Below the pieces are notes generated by a model, which saw only the letters and a list, made by a program, of their open reading frames with translations, was not told the origin of the DNA and made no database searches. Position numbers and translations under genes: made by a program. Shown here in pieces: positions 18,338 to 29,000 of a stretch of 64,000 nt of DNA. Source of the stretch: an uncultured Clostridia bacterium. GTDB lineage: Bacteria; Bacillota; Clostridia; TANB77; CAG-508. Every line of letters starts with the position of its first letter. The first letter of the stretch is position 1. The stretch spans positions 446-64,445 of the forward strand of contig CAJFHE010000010.1 in the NCBI GenBank assembly GCA_904378095.1. The letters run 5' to 3'.

Positions 18338-20823
18338 GTAATCCTAGCGACAATCACTGTCATGTCGTCTTTTTGTTTTCCAAAGTCATTATCAATTGCC
18401 TCACTTATTATTATATCGGCAATTTTTTGTGCATCATTTGTTTCCATATCTTCTAATAAATACTTTAGCCATAATTGTTTATTTAGGTATTCTTTATTTG
18501 AATCTATTACACCATCTGTGCACATTACTAATATGTCTCCATCTTGCAAGTCATAGTCATATACAACTAAGTCCACATCATTTAATATTCCTGTTGGAAG
18601 TGACATTGATTTTAGAAGTTGAACATCTCTTCCTCTTTTTACATATGTTGGACATGCACTATTTTTTATAAATTCCATATTTCCATTAAATAAGTCTAAT
18701 ATTTCTATATCTAATGTTGCATACATGTCTTCTTCTGTATTTGCTGAAAGTGTTGAATTAATTAGTTTTAATGATACATCTTTTTCAAAACCTGCTGTTA
18801 ATAGTCTTTCTAGCATTTTGACAGCAATTTTGCTGCTCTTCATTGCTTCTGGGCCAGAGCCCATGCCATCACTTAATGCAAGCAAATATTTTCCATCATC
18901 TAATTTTATTTGCAAGCTACTATCTCCAGATACAGGTGAGCCTTCTTTGGTTGATTTGGCTGAGCCGATTTGTACATTATAGTTGTCATCAGAAATATAT
19001 GTAAATTTACAGCTCTCTTTATTTAATCTTAACCCACATTCTTGTTTTTGCATTATCATTTTTTGCTCTAAAACTTTGCTTAAAATCTTACATATTTTCT
19101 TTATGTCACATTCTGTTCCGTCTGGATTTTCACATGTATCTGTATATACTTCCGCAACATATCTTCCAGAGCTTGTTTGCTTTATTTCTAAGCTTTTTAT
19201 TTCTATCTCTTTTTGCTCTAATATTTTTAATATTTCCTGCTTTTTATCACTAAATTTGTCTTCTTTTTTATTTATATCTTCTGCCATTTTAGATATAGCT
19301 TCTGATACTCCTTTAAGTTGTGAAGACACATTCTTTTTACTTTCATCTAACTTTTTCTTCCAAATGAATCCTATTTTGCTAATTCTATATGAATAGTTTA
19401 TGGCTTTTACCATTTTGTATATATCTTCTTTTGCTTGACTTTTTGTGTTTTCAAATCCTACTATATAATTATTATTTTTCTCTAATATCTTAACAAATTC
19501 TTTTTCTGTAATAACATCATTCTCTAATAAGTAATTAAAAATGTCTGTAATTAGTTTTTCCGTAGGATAATAGATTTCTTCGTATAACATATTATCTTCT
19601 AATTCTTCTATGTTTTTCTTAAGCTCTTCTAAGAAAATATCTATATTTGTTCTTTCTTGCTCTTTTAATTCTTTTTCTGTAAGGATAGTAGCAGCCGCTT
19701 CTCCATAGCTTTCTGCCATGTCATAGATTGTTTCTGACATACTATTTAATTTATATATTGTATCTCTGTTTTCTTCTAAATCTCTTTCTGTAACTTCTGG
19801 TAACAGTTTTGTGCTTCCTACTAAATCTTCTATATTAATTTCTATGCTCTTAGGAATTGCCAATAGTCCAAGTGATGCGATTAGTATTTCTTGAAACATT
19901 ATAAGTTGTACAGTATTGCCATTTGCTGCATATGCAAGTACAACATTTCCCAAAGCAAAACCTACTATTACACCTATCCTGCCAAATCTATTTAATAGTC
20001 CTGCAATCAGTCCAGATATTGCATATGCTGCAATCATTATAGGCTCTGTACCTGTAATAACTCCAAGCACTACTCCTATGGTTATGCCCCCTGTTGCTCC
20101 AACTAATACACCATTTTTCCATCCTAATACTAAAACAATTAATATACTTAAAATGTTTTTAATAGAGAATCCAAATATATTTAAATCTCCAAATGCAGTT
20201 ACAGCAATTGCCAAAAGAAGGCTTGTCCCCATTACTTCTTCTATTGTAAATGCTCTTCTTGCTCCGAAATCTATTATCATTGTGATAGAATTAACAAATA
20301 TCTTATAAAATATATAAGTCGTAATTCCAAGCATGATGCTTGTTAATAGGTCAAATACATAGAATGTTCTAAAGAACATTGGTACTATCTGTACTAGCAC
20401 AACTGCAAAGATTAGATGTCCGCCTATTTTCCTTTTTTCATTTACGTTTTCTTGTATTTTTGGTCTTACAATTAAAATAGATACAAAAAATACTAAAGAA
20501 GTTATAAAATATACTAATAAATTATTAAATCCAAATCGAATAAATGTGCCTATTAGTGATAACACATACATGATACCTATTGGTCTATTGTTTCCTAATG
20601 CTCCTGCAATAATAGCTAGTCCAAATGGTACTAATGAAAATATTAGAGTATTATCATCAAATCCAACCATTGATATCATGAATGTTATTATATATAACAT
20701 TATATTTTGTTTCGCCAATAATCGTTTTAACACATCTTTTGCACTAACCTTTTTACTTTCTTCATTATATTCATTCTGATTGTCTAGTGAATCTCTTGTT
20801 ATATTCTGAAACATACTAACCAC
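18328..20823 (-). CDS. spoIIE: Stage II sporulation protein E (membrane PP2C phosphatase)
   Basis: ~10 N-terminal TMs, C-terminal PP2C (SGDS, ALSDGMGSG, ATLD, TDGVID, DDMTVIV); 831 aa. Confidence 0.92.
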   Translation of the reverse strand: MVSMFQNITRDSLDNQNEYNEESKKVSAKDVLKRLLAKQNIMLYIITFMISMVGFDDNTLIFSLVPFGLAIIAGALGNNRPIGIMYVLSLIGTFIRFGFNNLLVYFITSLVFFVSILIVRPKIQENVNEKRKIGGHLIFAVVLVQIVPMFFRTFYVFDLLTSIMLGITTYIFYKIFVNSITMIIDFGARRAFTIEEVMGTSLLLAIAVTAFGDLNIFGFSIKNILSILIVLVLGWKNGVLVGATGGITIGVVLGVITGTEPIMIAAYAISGLIAGLLNRFGRIGVIVGFALGNVVLAYAANGNTVQLIMFQEILIASLGLLAIPKSIEINIEDLVGSTKLLPEVTERDLEENRDTIYKLNSMSETIYDMAESYGEAAATILTEKELKEQERTNIDIFLEELKKNIEELEDNMLYEEIYYPTEKLITDIFNYLLENDVITEKEFVKILEKNNNYIVGFENTKSQAKEDIYKMVKAINYSYRISKIGFIWKKKLDESKKNVSSQLKGVSEAISKMAEDINKKEDKFSDKKQEILKILEQKEIEIKSLEIKQTSSGRYVAEVYTDTCENPDGTECDIKKICKILSKVLEQKMIMQKQECGLRLNKESCKFTYISDDNYNVQIGSAKSTKEGSPVSGDSSLQIKLDDGKYLLALSDGMGSGPEAMKSSKIAVKMLERLLTAGFEKDVSLKLINSTLSANTEEDMYATLDIEILDLFNGNMEFIKNSACPTYVKRGRDVQLLKSMSLPTGILNDVDLVVYDYDLQDGDILVMCTDGVIDSNKEYLNKQLWLKYLLEDMETNDAQKIADIIISEAIDNDFGKQKDDMTVIVARITKK

Positions 20824-21073
20824 CTCTAACTTTTTATTTATGCATTAATGTTTTCTATGTAGCTTTTCTTTCGTGTAAACAGCTTATTTAATGCTGTTTT
20901 AAATTATAGTTCTTTTCAATAAATTTTTTTGTCACATTTAATCCATAATATAAAAAAGTTTTTTACAAAATGTGATGTGTTATTATTTTTTATTTTAATT
21001 TATAACAGTTTATGCATATAATTTTATCGCAAAATAGCATTTTTTTCAATACATTGCAAAAAAATAGTAAAAC

Positions 21074-21111
21074 TTGGGTGACAGATTTAAATCTGTCACC
21101 CAAATTTCACT
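21074..21111. repeat. REP-like family B palindrome
   Basis: Perfect 30-bp palindrome TTGGGTGACAGATTT|AAATCTGTCACCCAA followed by ATTTCACT. Confidence 0.8.
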
Positions 21112-21116
21112 ATTTA

Positions 21117-24100
21117 TTAGCTATTTTTGCCTTTAAGTACTTTTCTTCTTATTAATACAATTCCTACTACTAAGACCGCTCCAACAGCAAGTGCTATTGC
21201 ACAGTATGTTAATATTTCTCCACTACCAAATGGTGGAAGTATTACTATTCTTTCTGCCATGCTTGTATCTACTTCTGACGCATCTGATAATGTTGGGTCT
21301 TGGTTACCTACTACAGAGTATGCCATTCTTCTACCAGCTGTGTTGCTTGTTTTTACAATTTCGACCATGTTATTATAAGTTAAGTCATCGTCTGTGTTTT
21401 CTGGTGTTATCAATTGCGATAATATTAATGTTTTGCTAATTTCTTGTCCTGGTAATAATGCTTGTTCTCCAAAGTTCTCTGTCTCGATAATTGTATTAAA
21501 TTGTGATAATTGTTCTGTTAATCTAGCATTTACTAAATCACTATTTAGTAAGTTGCTATCTTCTATAAATGTCCATCCGTCTGCAGTATTTGTAGCGTTT
21601 GTACTATTGAATTGGAAGTTATTTGCCACATAGTCTACTACTTGATTTGCTGTTGTTGTAGCAACACTTGCTCCTGATGTATCTCCTTTGTAATAGAAGT
21701 TTTTATTAGCTCCGTCTACATAATCTACTTCACCAACATTTGTAATTTTTACAGTATAAGTAACTTGTATTGTAGCACCATGCATTAATTCTTCATCCAT
21801 TGTAAGCTGTATTAAACCTTTGTCTGCTCTTCTCATTATATCTGTGTCAATTACTTCTCTGAATGAATATCTGTGTCTAGCTTCGTCAGTATAGTACTCG
21901 TCATACATTCCTATTTCTCCGCCATCAAAGTCAATACCACCGTCGTTGCTGTTCATCTTTTCTTCATCTATGCTGTATTCTTTATGGTCTTGCCATAATG
22001 CATTGTTTGCAGCTTCGTTTATATCAAATAGAATTGTATTGTTTGCAAGTGTTACTTTTACATTTGCTACAGATTTATCTATTTCTAGCTGTGCTTTTGG
22101 TCTTTCTGTAAGTCCTAAATCTATATTATTTAATGTGTAGTTACTATTATATTGGTTATCTCCTACATAATCTCTACTTGAGTTGCTTGAGTTGTTTGCT
22201 ATATCTTTTGGTCCTTCTGTTTGTTGTCTATCATATTCAAATTCAACTACTATAACACCTGTTTCTGCTGTCATTTTCGTATTTTCTATTAATTCACCAT
22301 ATAAACTTGAATCTCCGCTATATGCTGATGCTAATACTTCTGCCACATGGTTTGTTACATTGTTTGTACTATAATTATTAACTGCTTCTCTTCTGCTCCA
22401 AATATCTTTTGCATCTGAATAGTTTGTAGAATTACTATCTGAAGCATATATGTCATATCCAAATGTTCCTGTTTCGTTTTGAGATGCTGTATCAGTATAA
22501 CCGTAGTAATTTTCTGATATATCTGTAGGTCCATTTTGGTCTATACCTTCTTGGTATGTTGTTGATTTAAAGTCTTGTCCATTATATGAAACTACATTTG
22601 AGTTACCAGCAACTGCTGTTGCTTCAGTATCTCCATATTGGAATCTTACTATATAGTCACCTGGTATGAAGCTTGAGAAATCATATCCGCCATTGCCTGC
22701 TGTTGTAGTATTTCCCCAATTCCATTCTGTACCGTCTATACATTTTTCTATCAGGTCTACTGTTACGCCTTGTACACCAGTTTCTCCTTCTTGTCTAATA
22801 CCATCACCAATAATAGTATCTGAAGAATTTCCACTGTCTCCAACTGTTTCATTTCTTTGGTCTTCCCATACAACACCATTAGCTTTTCTTATTGCTTCTT
22901 CATCAATAATTACTCTTAAACCTGGTGCTCTATCTGTATCGTCCTCAAAGTTTTCTTCGTAATTTTCGCCTTGTATATCTTCTGATTCAAGGTTACCTGG
23001 GTTAGAGTCTCTATCTAATAATCCCGCTATATCAGATGAACCTTTACTTACTCCATTTGGAAGGCTTGTTCCATCCTTATAATATGTAGAGAATCCATTT
23101 ATTTCTGCTATATTCTCTTTTGGAGTATCTGTTGTTGCATATTTGCCACCATCTAATATTACCCTGTTGTTTTCTTTATTTACTTGGAATGTCAAGTAAA
23201 TATATGCACTTTCACCAGATGCTAATTTTTTACCAGATAATCCTTTAATATATACTGCATTGTACTCATTTCCTGCAATGTCACTTTCTGATGCTGCACC
23301 ATATTTACTGCTATCACTACTATCTGTAGCCTTTGCACTACTAATTTGTCCAACATCTTCACTGACCATTGCATTATAGAATTCATCTTCATTAACAGTA
23401 TTGTTATCATATGTTACCCAAGATAAGTCATCTCTATAAGTATATTCTTTATCATAATAGTCAACAACTTCTTGAATTTGTCCCATTATACTCATTGATT
23501 GATTTCTAACTGTAATCTTGTAAGTCACATAAATTTCTAGTGGGTTTCCTGGATGTCCTTCCGCTATACCTCCTGGTGTATTAAACAAGTAATCTGACTC
23601 ATACAATTCTCTATTATATTCCATACCATAGTATGCATCATAATCAGACATTCTCACATTGATATCCCAATATGTGTTATTATCTGAGCCGCTACTTACA
23701 TTAGTACCTTCTCCATCACCCGAATTTGTATTTCTCTTATCATATTTATATACTACTGTTTTGTTGTTTATCTTTAATGTTGCTCTATATACGTCTTTTC
23801 TAAGAGCCGCATCAAATTCTTGTCTTCTCCATAGACCTAAGTTTATAAAGTATTGTCCATCATATATTGGTTTATAAGTCTTGCCTTCTTCCACTTTATC
23901 GCTTTGGTCATGGCTAATTTCAGCTCCTCTACCAACCTCATTAGAAGTACTATTTATATAGAACATTCCTTTCTCATAATATGGGTATAAATCTTTTTCT
24001 CCCCCTTGAATTAGGTTACCAGTGTAAGCTTTTATTTTACAATCTTCTATAAATTGTAATTTTCTCCAAGTTTCTGTATCTCCTCCGGCAATTTGTGAGT

Positions 24101-26036
24101 AGATACCTTTCATTTCTTCTTCACTTGGGAATTTTTGGTTTGATTCTACAAATGACCTGATTTGTGAACTTACTACACCTTCTGTATATTCGTCTGTTTG
24201 TAAACCATTTTCATCATATTCATATCCATCTATTAATTGAGTTCCGGATTTAGTATATGTGCTTCCATTTAATTCATATCCCATTAACTCTATTTGACTA
24301 AATGATTGGTTATGTCCTTCTACTAATTGACCTGATCCCAAATTATCTGTTGAAGGATAATTCTTTGGTGATGAGCCTATTTCTTGGAATCTACTATCAA
24401 ATCCGCTTCTTTCTCCGTTATCTTCTGTCGCCTTTGAAGTCTTCTTCCATTCCTCAGTATTATATTCTGGCCTCTTATAGTCTGTTGGCAAATATGTCTG
24501 TCCATTATATTCAAAGACAACATAGTATTTTTTCATTGGGTCTAGACCATTAAATTGATAATATCCTTCTTCATCAGTTAAAGTAGAGTTAATATGTCTC
24601 CATACTTCTTTATCTGGATCCTGCTCTAATTGCTCTACTACTGCCATTTCATCATCTTCTGTATATAATGTAACTTTAATATTCTTTAATTTAATATCGC
24701 TATCTGTACGAAGGCCATCTGCAAGCGATTCCTTACCTTCTAAGATATCTTCCCATACATATCCACCCAAATTCATAAATAAATCCTCTTGCTCATCTGG
24801 TGGTGGTGGTGTCCCCTCACCTGGCAAGTAAAATTCTTGCTCATATAATGTTCTTATGGCATCTGCACACATTACTGGTTGCTTTTGAACTGGGTCTTTT
24901 ATACCTATTTTTTCACAATAATAACAGTTACTTCTTGTAATATTTCCTTCTGAATCACGATGGTCATGGTAGTCATAATTTCTATGATAATATGTTACTG
25001 GATCATATTTCCATCCTTGGAAATCCACTTTTTCGCCATTTGCTTGCATATATTGGAATACCACCTTGATAGAATATGCTACTATTCTATTTGGGTCATC
25101 TTCTGCAAGTCCTGCATTTGGATCTTCAAATATTACATCAAATTCTTGGTCACTTTCTGGGTAGACTTGCTCTGTTTCATCAACATAGAGTGGTGACTCT
25201 GGTTCAAAATATTCCGGTGTTTTTTCTTGATTGTCTATTACAAATTTTTGTATTTCTATGTCGTCTCTTACCATTGTACCTTCTCTATTAAAGCCAACGA
25301 CTGTCATTTCATGTACTCCACCAAATGCAATATTGCCATATATTCCTTCAGTATATGTCATTTTATATGGTCCAACTGTATATAATCCTCCTGGTTGGTC
25401 TACTGCAACTAATACTTTTTCATGATTTGTTGCATCTTTAGGGTCCAATCCATTTTTTGGTCTAACTTGGTCATCAAAGTCTTGATAGTTTATTGATTCT
25501 TGGTATAAACTATTGTTATATCCCCATAAAGCTTCATTCTTTAAATCTGAATATGCATCTATTGGCTCATCAGATACTATATATGCTTGCCATGGCTCCA
25601 ATGTGCCACTACCTGTAGCTGTAAAGAATGTCGTTGATTTTAAGCCTTCATATCTGCCGGTTGCACAGCTTCCATGTGCATTAAACTCTAATCCTATACA
25701 AGATTCAGCCTGTGCTTTTGTTATATCATAATAATATGCATCTGCTGGTGTACCATTATGTGTACAGAATATTTGATATCCTGGGTTTTGTGGATTATAG
25801 TGTGGTGCTCCAGAAGTTGTAAAACATTCCCAGTCTCCACATAAATTATATGAGTAACTACCAGGATCTGGTCCTTCTACAATCTGTCCAAAGCTCATTG
25901 CTCTTGAAGTTGCATCAGTTTCTGTTGCATCTCCATCTGCTGCAATTACTTCTTTTGTAAGAATACCACTTGCTACAAATACATTTAAAAGTAGCATTAT
26001 TAAAATTATTGTAGCAATTAAAATTTTACGCTTCAT
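21117..26036 (-). CDS. Giant secreted surface protein with SdrD/Cna-B-like domains and a C-terminal sorting-like signal
   Basis: Signal peptide; two SdrD-B-like units (LGGYVWED...TDEEGYYQF; ANGVVWED...GGYDFSSFIPGDYIVRF); C-terminal LPPFG + TM + basic tail; 1639 aa. Confidence 0.8.
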   Translation of the reverse strand: MKRKILIATIILIMLLLNVFVASGILTKEVIAADGDATETDATSRAMSFGQIVEGPDPGSYSYNLCGDWECFTTSGAPHYNPQNPGYQIFCTHNGTPADAYYYDITKAQAESCIGLEFNAHGSCATGRYEGLKSTTFFTATGSGTLEPWQAYIVSDEPIDAYSDLKNEALWGYNNSLYQESINYQDFDDQVRPKNGLDPKDATNHEKVLVAVDQPGGLYTVGPYKMTYTEGIYGNIAFGGVHEMTVVGFNREGTMVRDDIEIQKFVIDNQEKTPEYFEPESPLYVDETEQVYPESDQEFDVIFEDPNAGLAEDDPNRIVAYSIKVVFQYMQANGEKVDFQGWKYDPVTYYHRNYDYHDHRDSEGNITRSNCYYCEKIGIKDPVQKQPVMCADAIRTLYEQEFYLPGEGTPPPPDEQEDLFMNLGGYVWEDILEGKESLADGLRTDSDIKLKNIKVTLYTEDDEMAVVEQLEQDPDKEVWRHINSTLTDEEGYYQFNGLDPMKKYYVVFEYNGQTYLPTDYKRPEYNTEEWKKTSKATEDNGERSGFDSRFQEIGSSPKNYPSTDNLGSGQLVEGHNQSFSQIELMGYELNGSTYTKSGTQLIDGYEYDENGLQTDEYTEGVVSSQIRSFVESNQKFPSEEEMKGIYSQIAGGDTETWRKLQFIEDCKIKAYTGNLIQGGEKDLYPYYEKGMFYINSTSNEVGRGAEISHDQSDKVEEGKTYKPIYDGQYFINLGLWRRQEFDAALRKDVYRATLKINNKTVVYKYDKRNTNSGDGEGTNVSSGSDNNTYWDINVRMSDYDAYYGMEYNRELYESDYLFNTPGGIAEGHPGNPLEIYVTYKITVRNQSMSIMGQIQEVVDYYDKEYTYRDDLSWVTYDNNTVNEDEFYNAMVSEDVGQISSAKATDSSDSSKYGAASESDIAGNEYNAVYIKGLSGKKLASGESAYIYLTFQVNKENNRVILDGGKYATTDTPKENIAEINGFSTYYKDGTSLPNGVSKGSSDIAGLLDRDSNPGNLESEDIQGENYEENFEDDTDRAPGLRVIIDEEAIRKANGVVWEDQRNETVGDSGNSSDTIIGDGIRQEGETGVQGVTVDLIEKCIDGTEWNWGNTTTAGNGGYDFSSFIPGDYIVRFQYGDTEATAVAGNSNVVSYNGQDFKSTTYQEGIDQNGPTDISENYYGYTDTASQNETGTFGYDIYASDSNSTNYSDAKDIWSRREAVNNYSTNNVTNHVAEVLASAYSGDSSLYGELIENTKMTAETGVIVVEFEYDRQQTEGPKDIANNSSNSSRDYVGDNQYNSNYTLNNIDLGLTERPKAQLEIDKSVANVKVTLANNTILFDINEAANNALWQDHKEYSIDEEKMNSNDGGIDFDGGEIGMYDEYYTDEARHRYSFREVIDTDIMRRADKGLIQLTMDEELMHGATIQVTYTVKITNVGEVDYVDGANKNFYYKGDTSGASVATTTANQVVDYVANNFQFNSTNATNTADGWTFIEDSNLLNSDLVNARLTEQLSQFNTIIETENFGEQALLPGQEISKTLILSQLITPENTDDDLTYNNMVEIVKTSNTAGRRMAYSVVGNQDPTLSDASEVDTSMAERIVILPPFGSGEILTYCAIALAVGAVLVVGIVLIRRKVLKGKNS

Positions 26037-26053
26037 TATGGTCCTCCTTTCTT

Positions 26054-29000
26054 CTAAACTTTCTTATTTTTATTTAAAACATGTTTTTTTATCTCATATA
26101 TGCCAATTATTAATATAGCAATTACTGCAATTATTATTGCTGTATAAGTAACAATTTTACCTGTTACTAAGCCTAATACTAAGTCTGCTTTTGACATATC
26201 ATCTTCATTTGTTGCTCCATTTGCTTCTTCTGAATCTATATCTTGTAATCCTTGTTCATTGTATGTCTCATAAATTTCTGCCGTATTACTTGTTATTCCA
26301 AGTTTATCTTCTGTAATGTTTACTGAAAGTAATAATTTAATTTCTTGTGTGTCTCCAGGGTTCAATCTAGTATTTTCTAGACTAGCATTGTATATATTTC
26401 CATTGTCAGATAAATACCAATCTCTGTTTAATTCTGTGTTAAATGAAAATCCATCTGGTATATAGTCTACAATGTTTCTAACATAACCTGGTACACTTCC
26501 TTCATTTGTAACAATTATTGTATATTCAACTACTGCTGTACTCTTTCCTAAGTTTTGTCCTAAAACTTCAACTTGTGCTACTTTCAAATTGTTATGCTCA
26601 TATTCGCTTGTTCCTATTGTTGGAGTTGATAATGTAACTTTGCTTACATATTTATCAAGTCTTAAGTCAAATTTTGCTGCCTCATACATACCAATATCTA
26701 TATCTCTTGCATTATCATCAGTTATTTGTATTGAATCTGTAATTGCTGCTATTCTTCTTTCTCCGTTTAGAGTTAAGTTTACGTCAATAACGTCTGAGTT
26801 AAACGCTGTATCAACACCTTGTGCTTGATATGTTGTTAAACTATATCTTGATGAATCATATACAAATACTACTAAGTAGTTTCCTGGTTCAAGATTACTA
26901 AACTCATATCTTCCGTTATTAGATGTTGTTGTGATTTTTGGTTCATTTGTATCTACGTCTTGTACAATAGTATTTTGTCTTTGATTTAATAGATATACTT
27001 GTATTCCTGAAACGATTTCTTCTCCATCATCTCTTCTACCATCTTGATTGCTATCTATCCATGCTGTACCAGTAATTCTGTATCTGTTTGATGTTTGTCC
27101 AGGATTATTGTCGTCATTTGGTATTCCTGGATGATTTATATCTGTGTTATATTCTACATAGTTTACAACTTCATTAGTCTCAATATCTGCCATGCTATCT
27201 GATTGTACTAAAATTTTATTTCTAATTTCTTTATCATTTTGATCTGGCAAAAACTCTGTTGTAGCAACTATCTCAACCTCTGTAGTATTTCCTGGGTCTA
27301 GCCAGTTGATTTCTATTGTTAATTTGCCATCTTCTATCTTAGATACAGCTGCAGTATCTCCATTATATGTATAAGTTGCATTTACTTCTCTTATTCCATC
27401 TGGAATTTGGTCTATTATTTTTAAGTTAGTAGCTTGTGAATTTCCTGCATTTGTTACACTAAATTTATATGTAATGTCTTCTCTTTCTTTTACATATCTT
27501 GGAGTAGATGTTAGTTCTGATACCTCTAATTTAACTGGTTCGATTTTATGTTCAAAAACATTTGAGTAGTTTTCTTCGACTCCGTCTCCAGTAGCTGTTG
27601 CTAACATCCTTATATCTCCAGTGTCATCTATAACTTTTGTACTTAGTAAAATATATTTTACTCTTTCTAGTGTTCCTAAAGCAAACTGTAAAGTACGTGT
27701 CGATTCATTATATGAAATGCCATCAGTTATACCATTTTCATCCATTAATGAATTTTTTATTGTTGCACTAGTATATTCTAATCCTTCTGGCAATACAATT
27801 TTAGCAACAACATTATTTATTCCTTCTAGGTCTCTTATATTAGTCAAAGTAATTATAAAATTAATTTCATCACCATTTTTTAGAACTGTATCATCTTCTA
27901 CACTTGGTACCATACTAATTGATATGCTTCCATCATCAATCTGCATTGTATATATATTAGAAGGTATTGGATTTTTTAATTCATCTGTAAAGATTTCTAA
28001 AGAATGCTCTACAGTTTTTGGGAAGTCAGGTGAAACAGCATTTTCATCTGAACTACTGTAATCCCTAATAGCACTATCTTCAACTTGCAAATAATATGAT
28101 ACTTGTCTTTCTTCGTTTGGCTCTAAATCTCCAATTTCTCTAACTAATGGTACTTCTTCATCTACTGGTGCAAAGTTACTATTTAAACGTAATTCTACAA
28201 AGCTCATATAGTGTGGCTCTGGAATTCTTATTCTTACATTATGTGCTGTCTGCTCACCAGTATTTTTTACAGTAGCTGTCATTTTTACAATTTGTCCTTC
28301 TCTTACTGTGTCTATATTAGCAGAAATATCGGCTGAAAGTTGTGGGCCTGTCTCTGTCTTTATTCCTATTACTGCTGATTCTTTACTCTCTGGCATAGCA
28401 CCTATTTCTGATTCATTGTTATAGTACACTTTGTACATTCCATATGATGCACTATTTGGTTCAAGGTTTCCCGGAATTGTAATATCATATGTAAAGTCTA
28501 TTCTTGTTCCTTCTGGCATCTTATAGTCTTCTGCAAATACTATTAAGAAAGATTTTGAATTCGTTGTACCTTCTTCTGTCCAACCATTGTTGACATCTTC
28601 TATGTCTCTAGTAGCATTTACATTGTCTGAATAATATACTTTATAATTTGATGTATCTACGCCTGTAAGTGATAATTGTGTAGATAAAGGGATATTAAAT
28701 GTTGAGCCTAATGAATCGCTTGTATCTATTCTTGTATTTCCTTCTGATGGAAGTCTTCCTAATACAACTATGTTTCCTATGTTGTTTCCATAGTTATTAA
28801 TAATTATTCCATTCATTGTAGCAACTCTTTCGTTTGCATAAGCATCAATTTCTACTGTTTGAGCTTCATCAGACATTGATAAAATATCTTCTGCTCCTTC
28901 TTTATAATTGCTAATACCATTTGCTGCTACAACTCCTGTTGGTGCAACATAGTTAACTGTTTCGTCTAATACTCCCTCTGTTTCTGTTGCTGTTTCATTA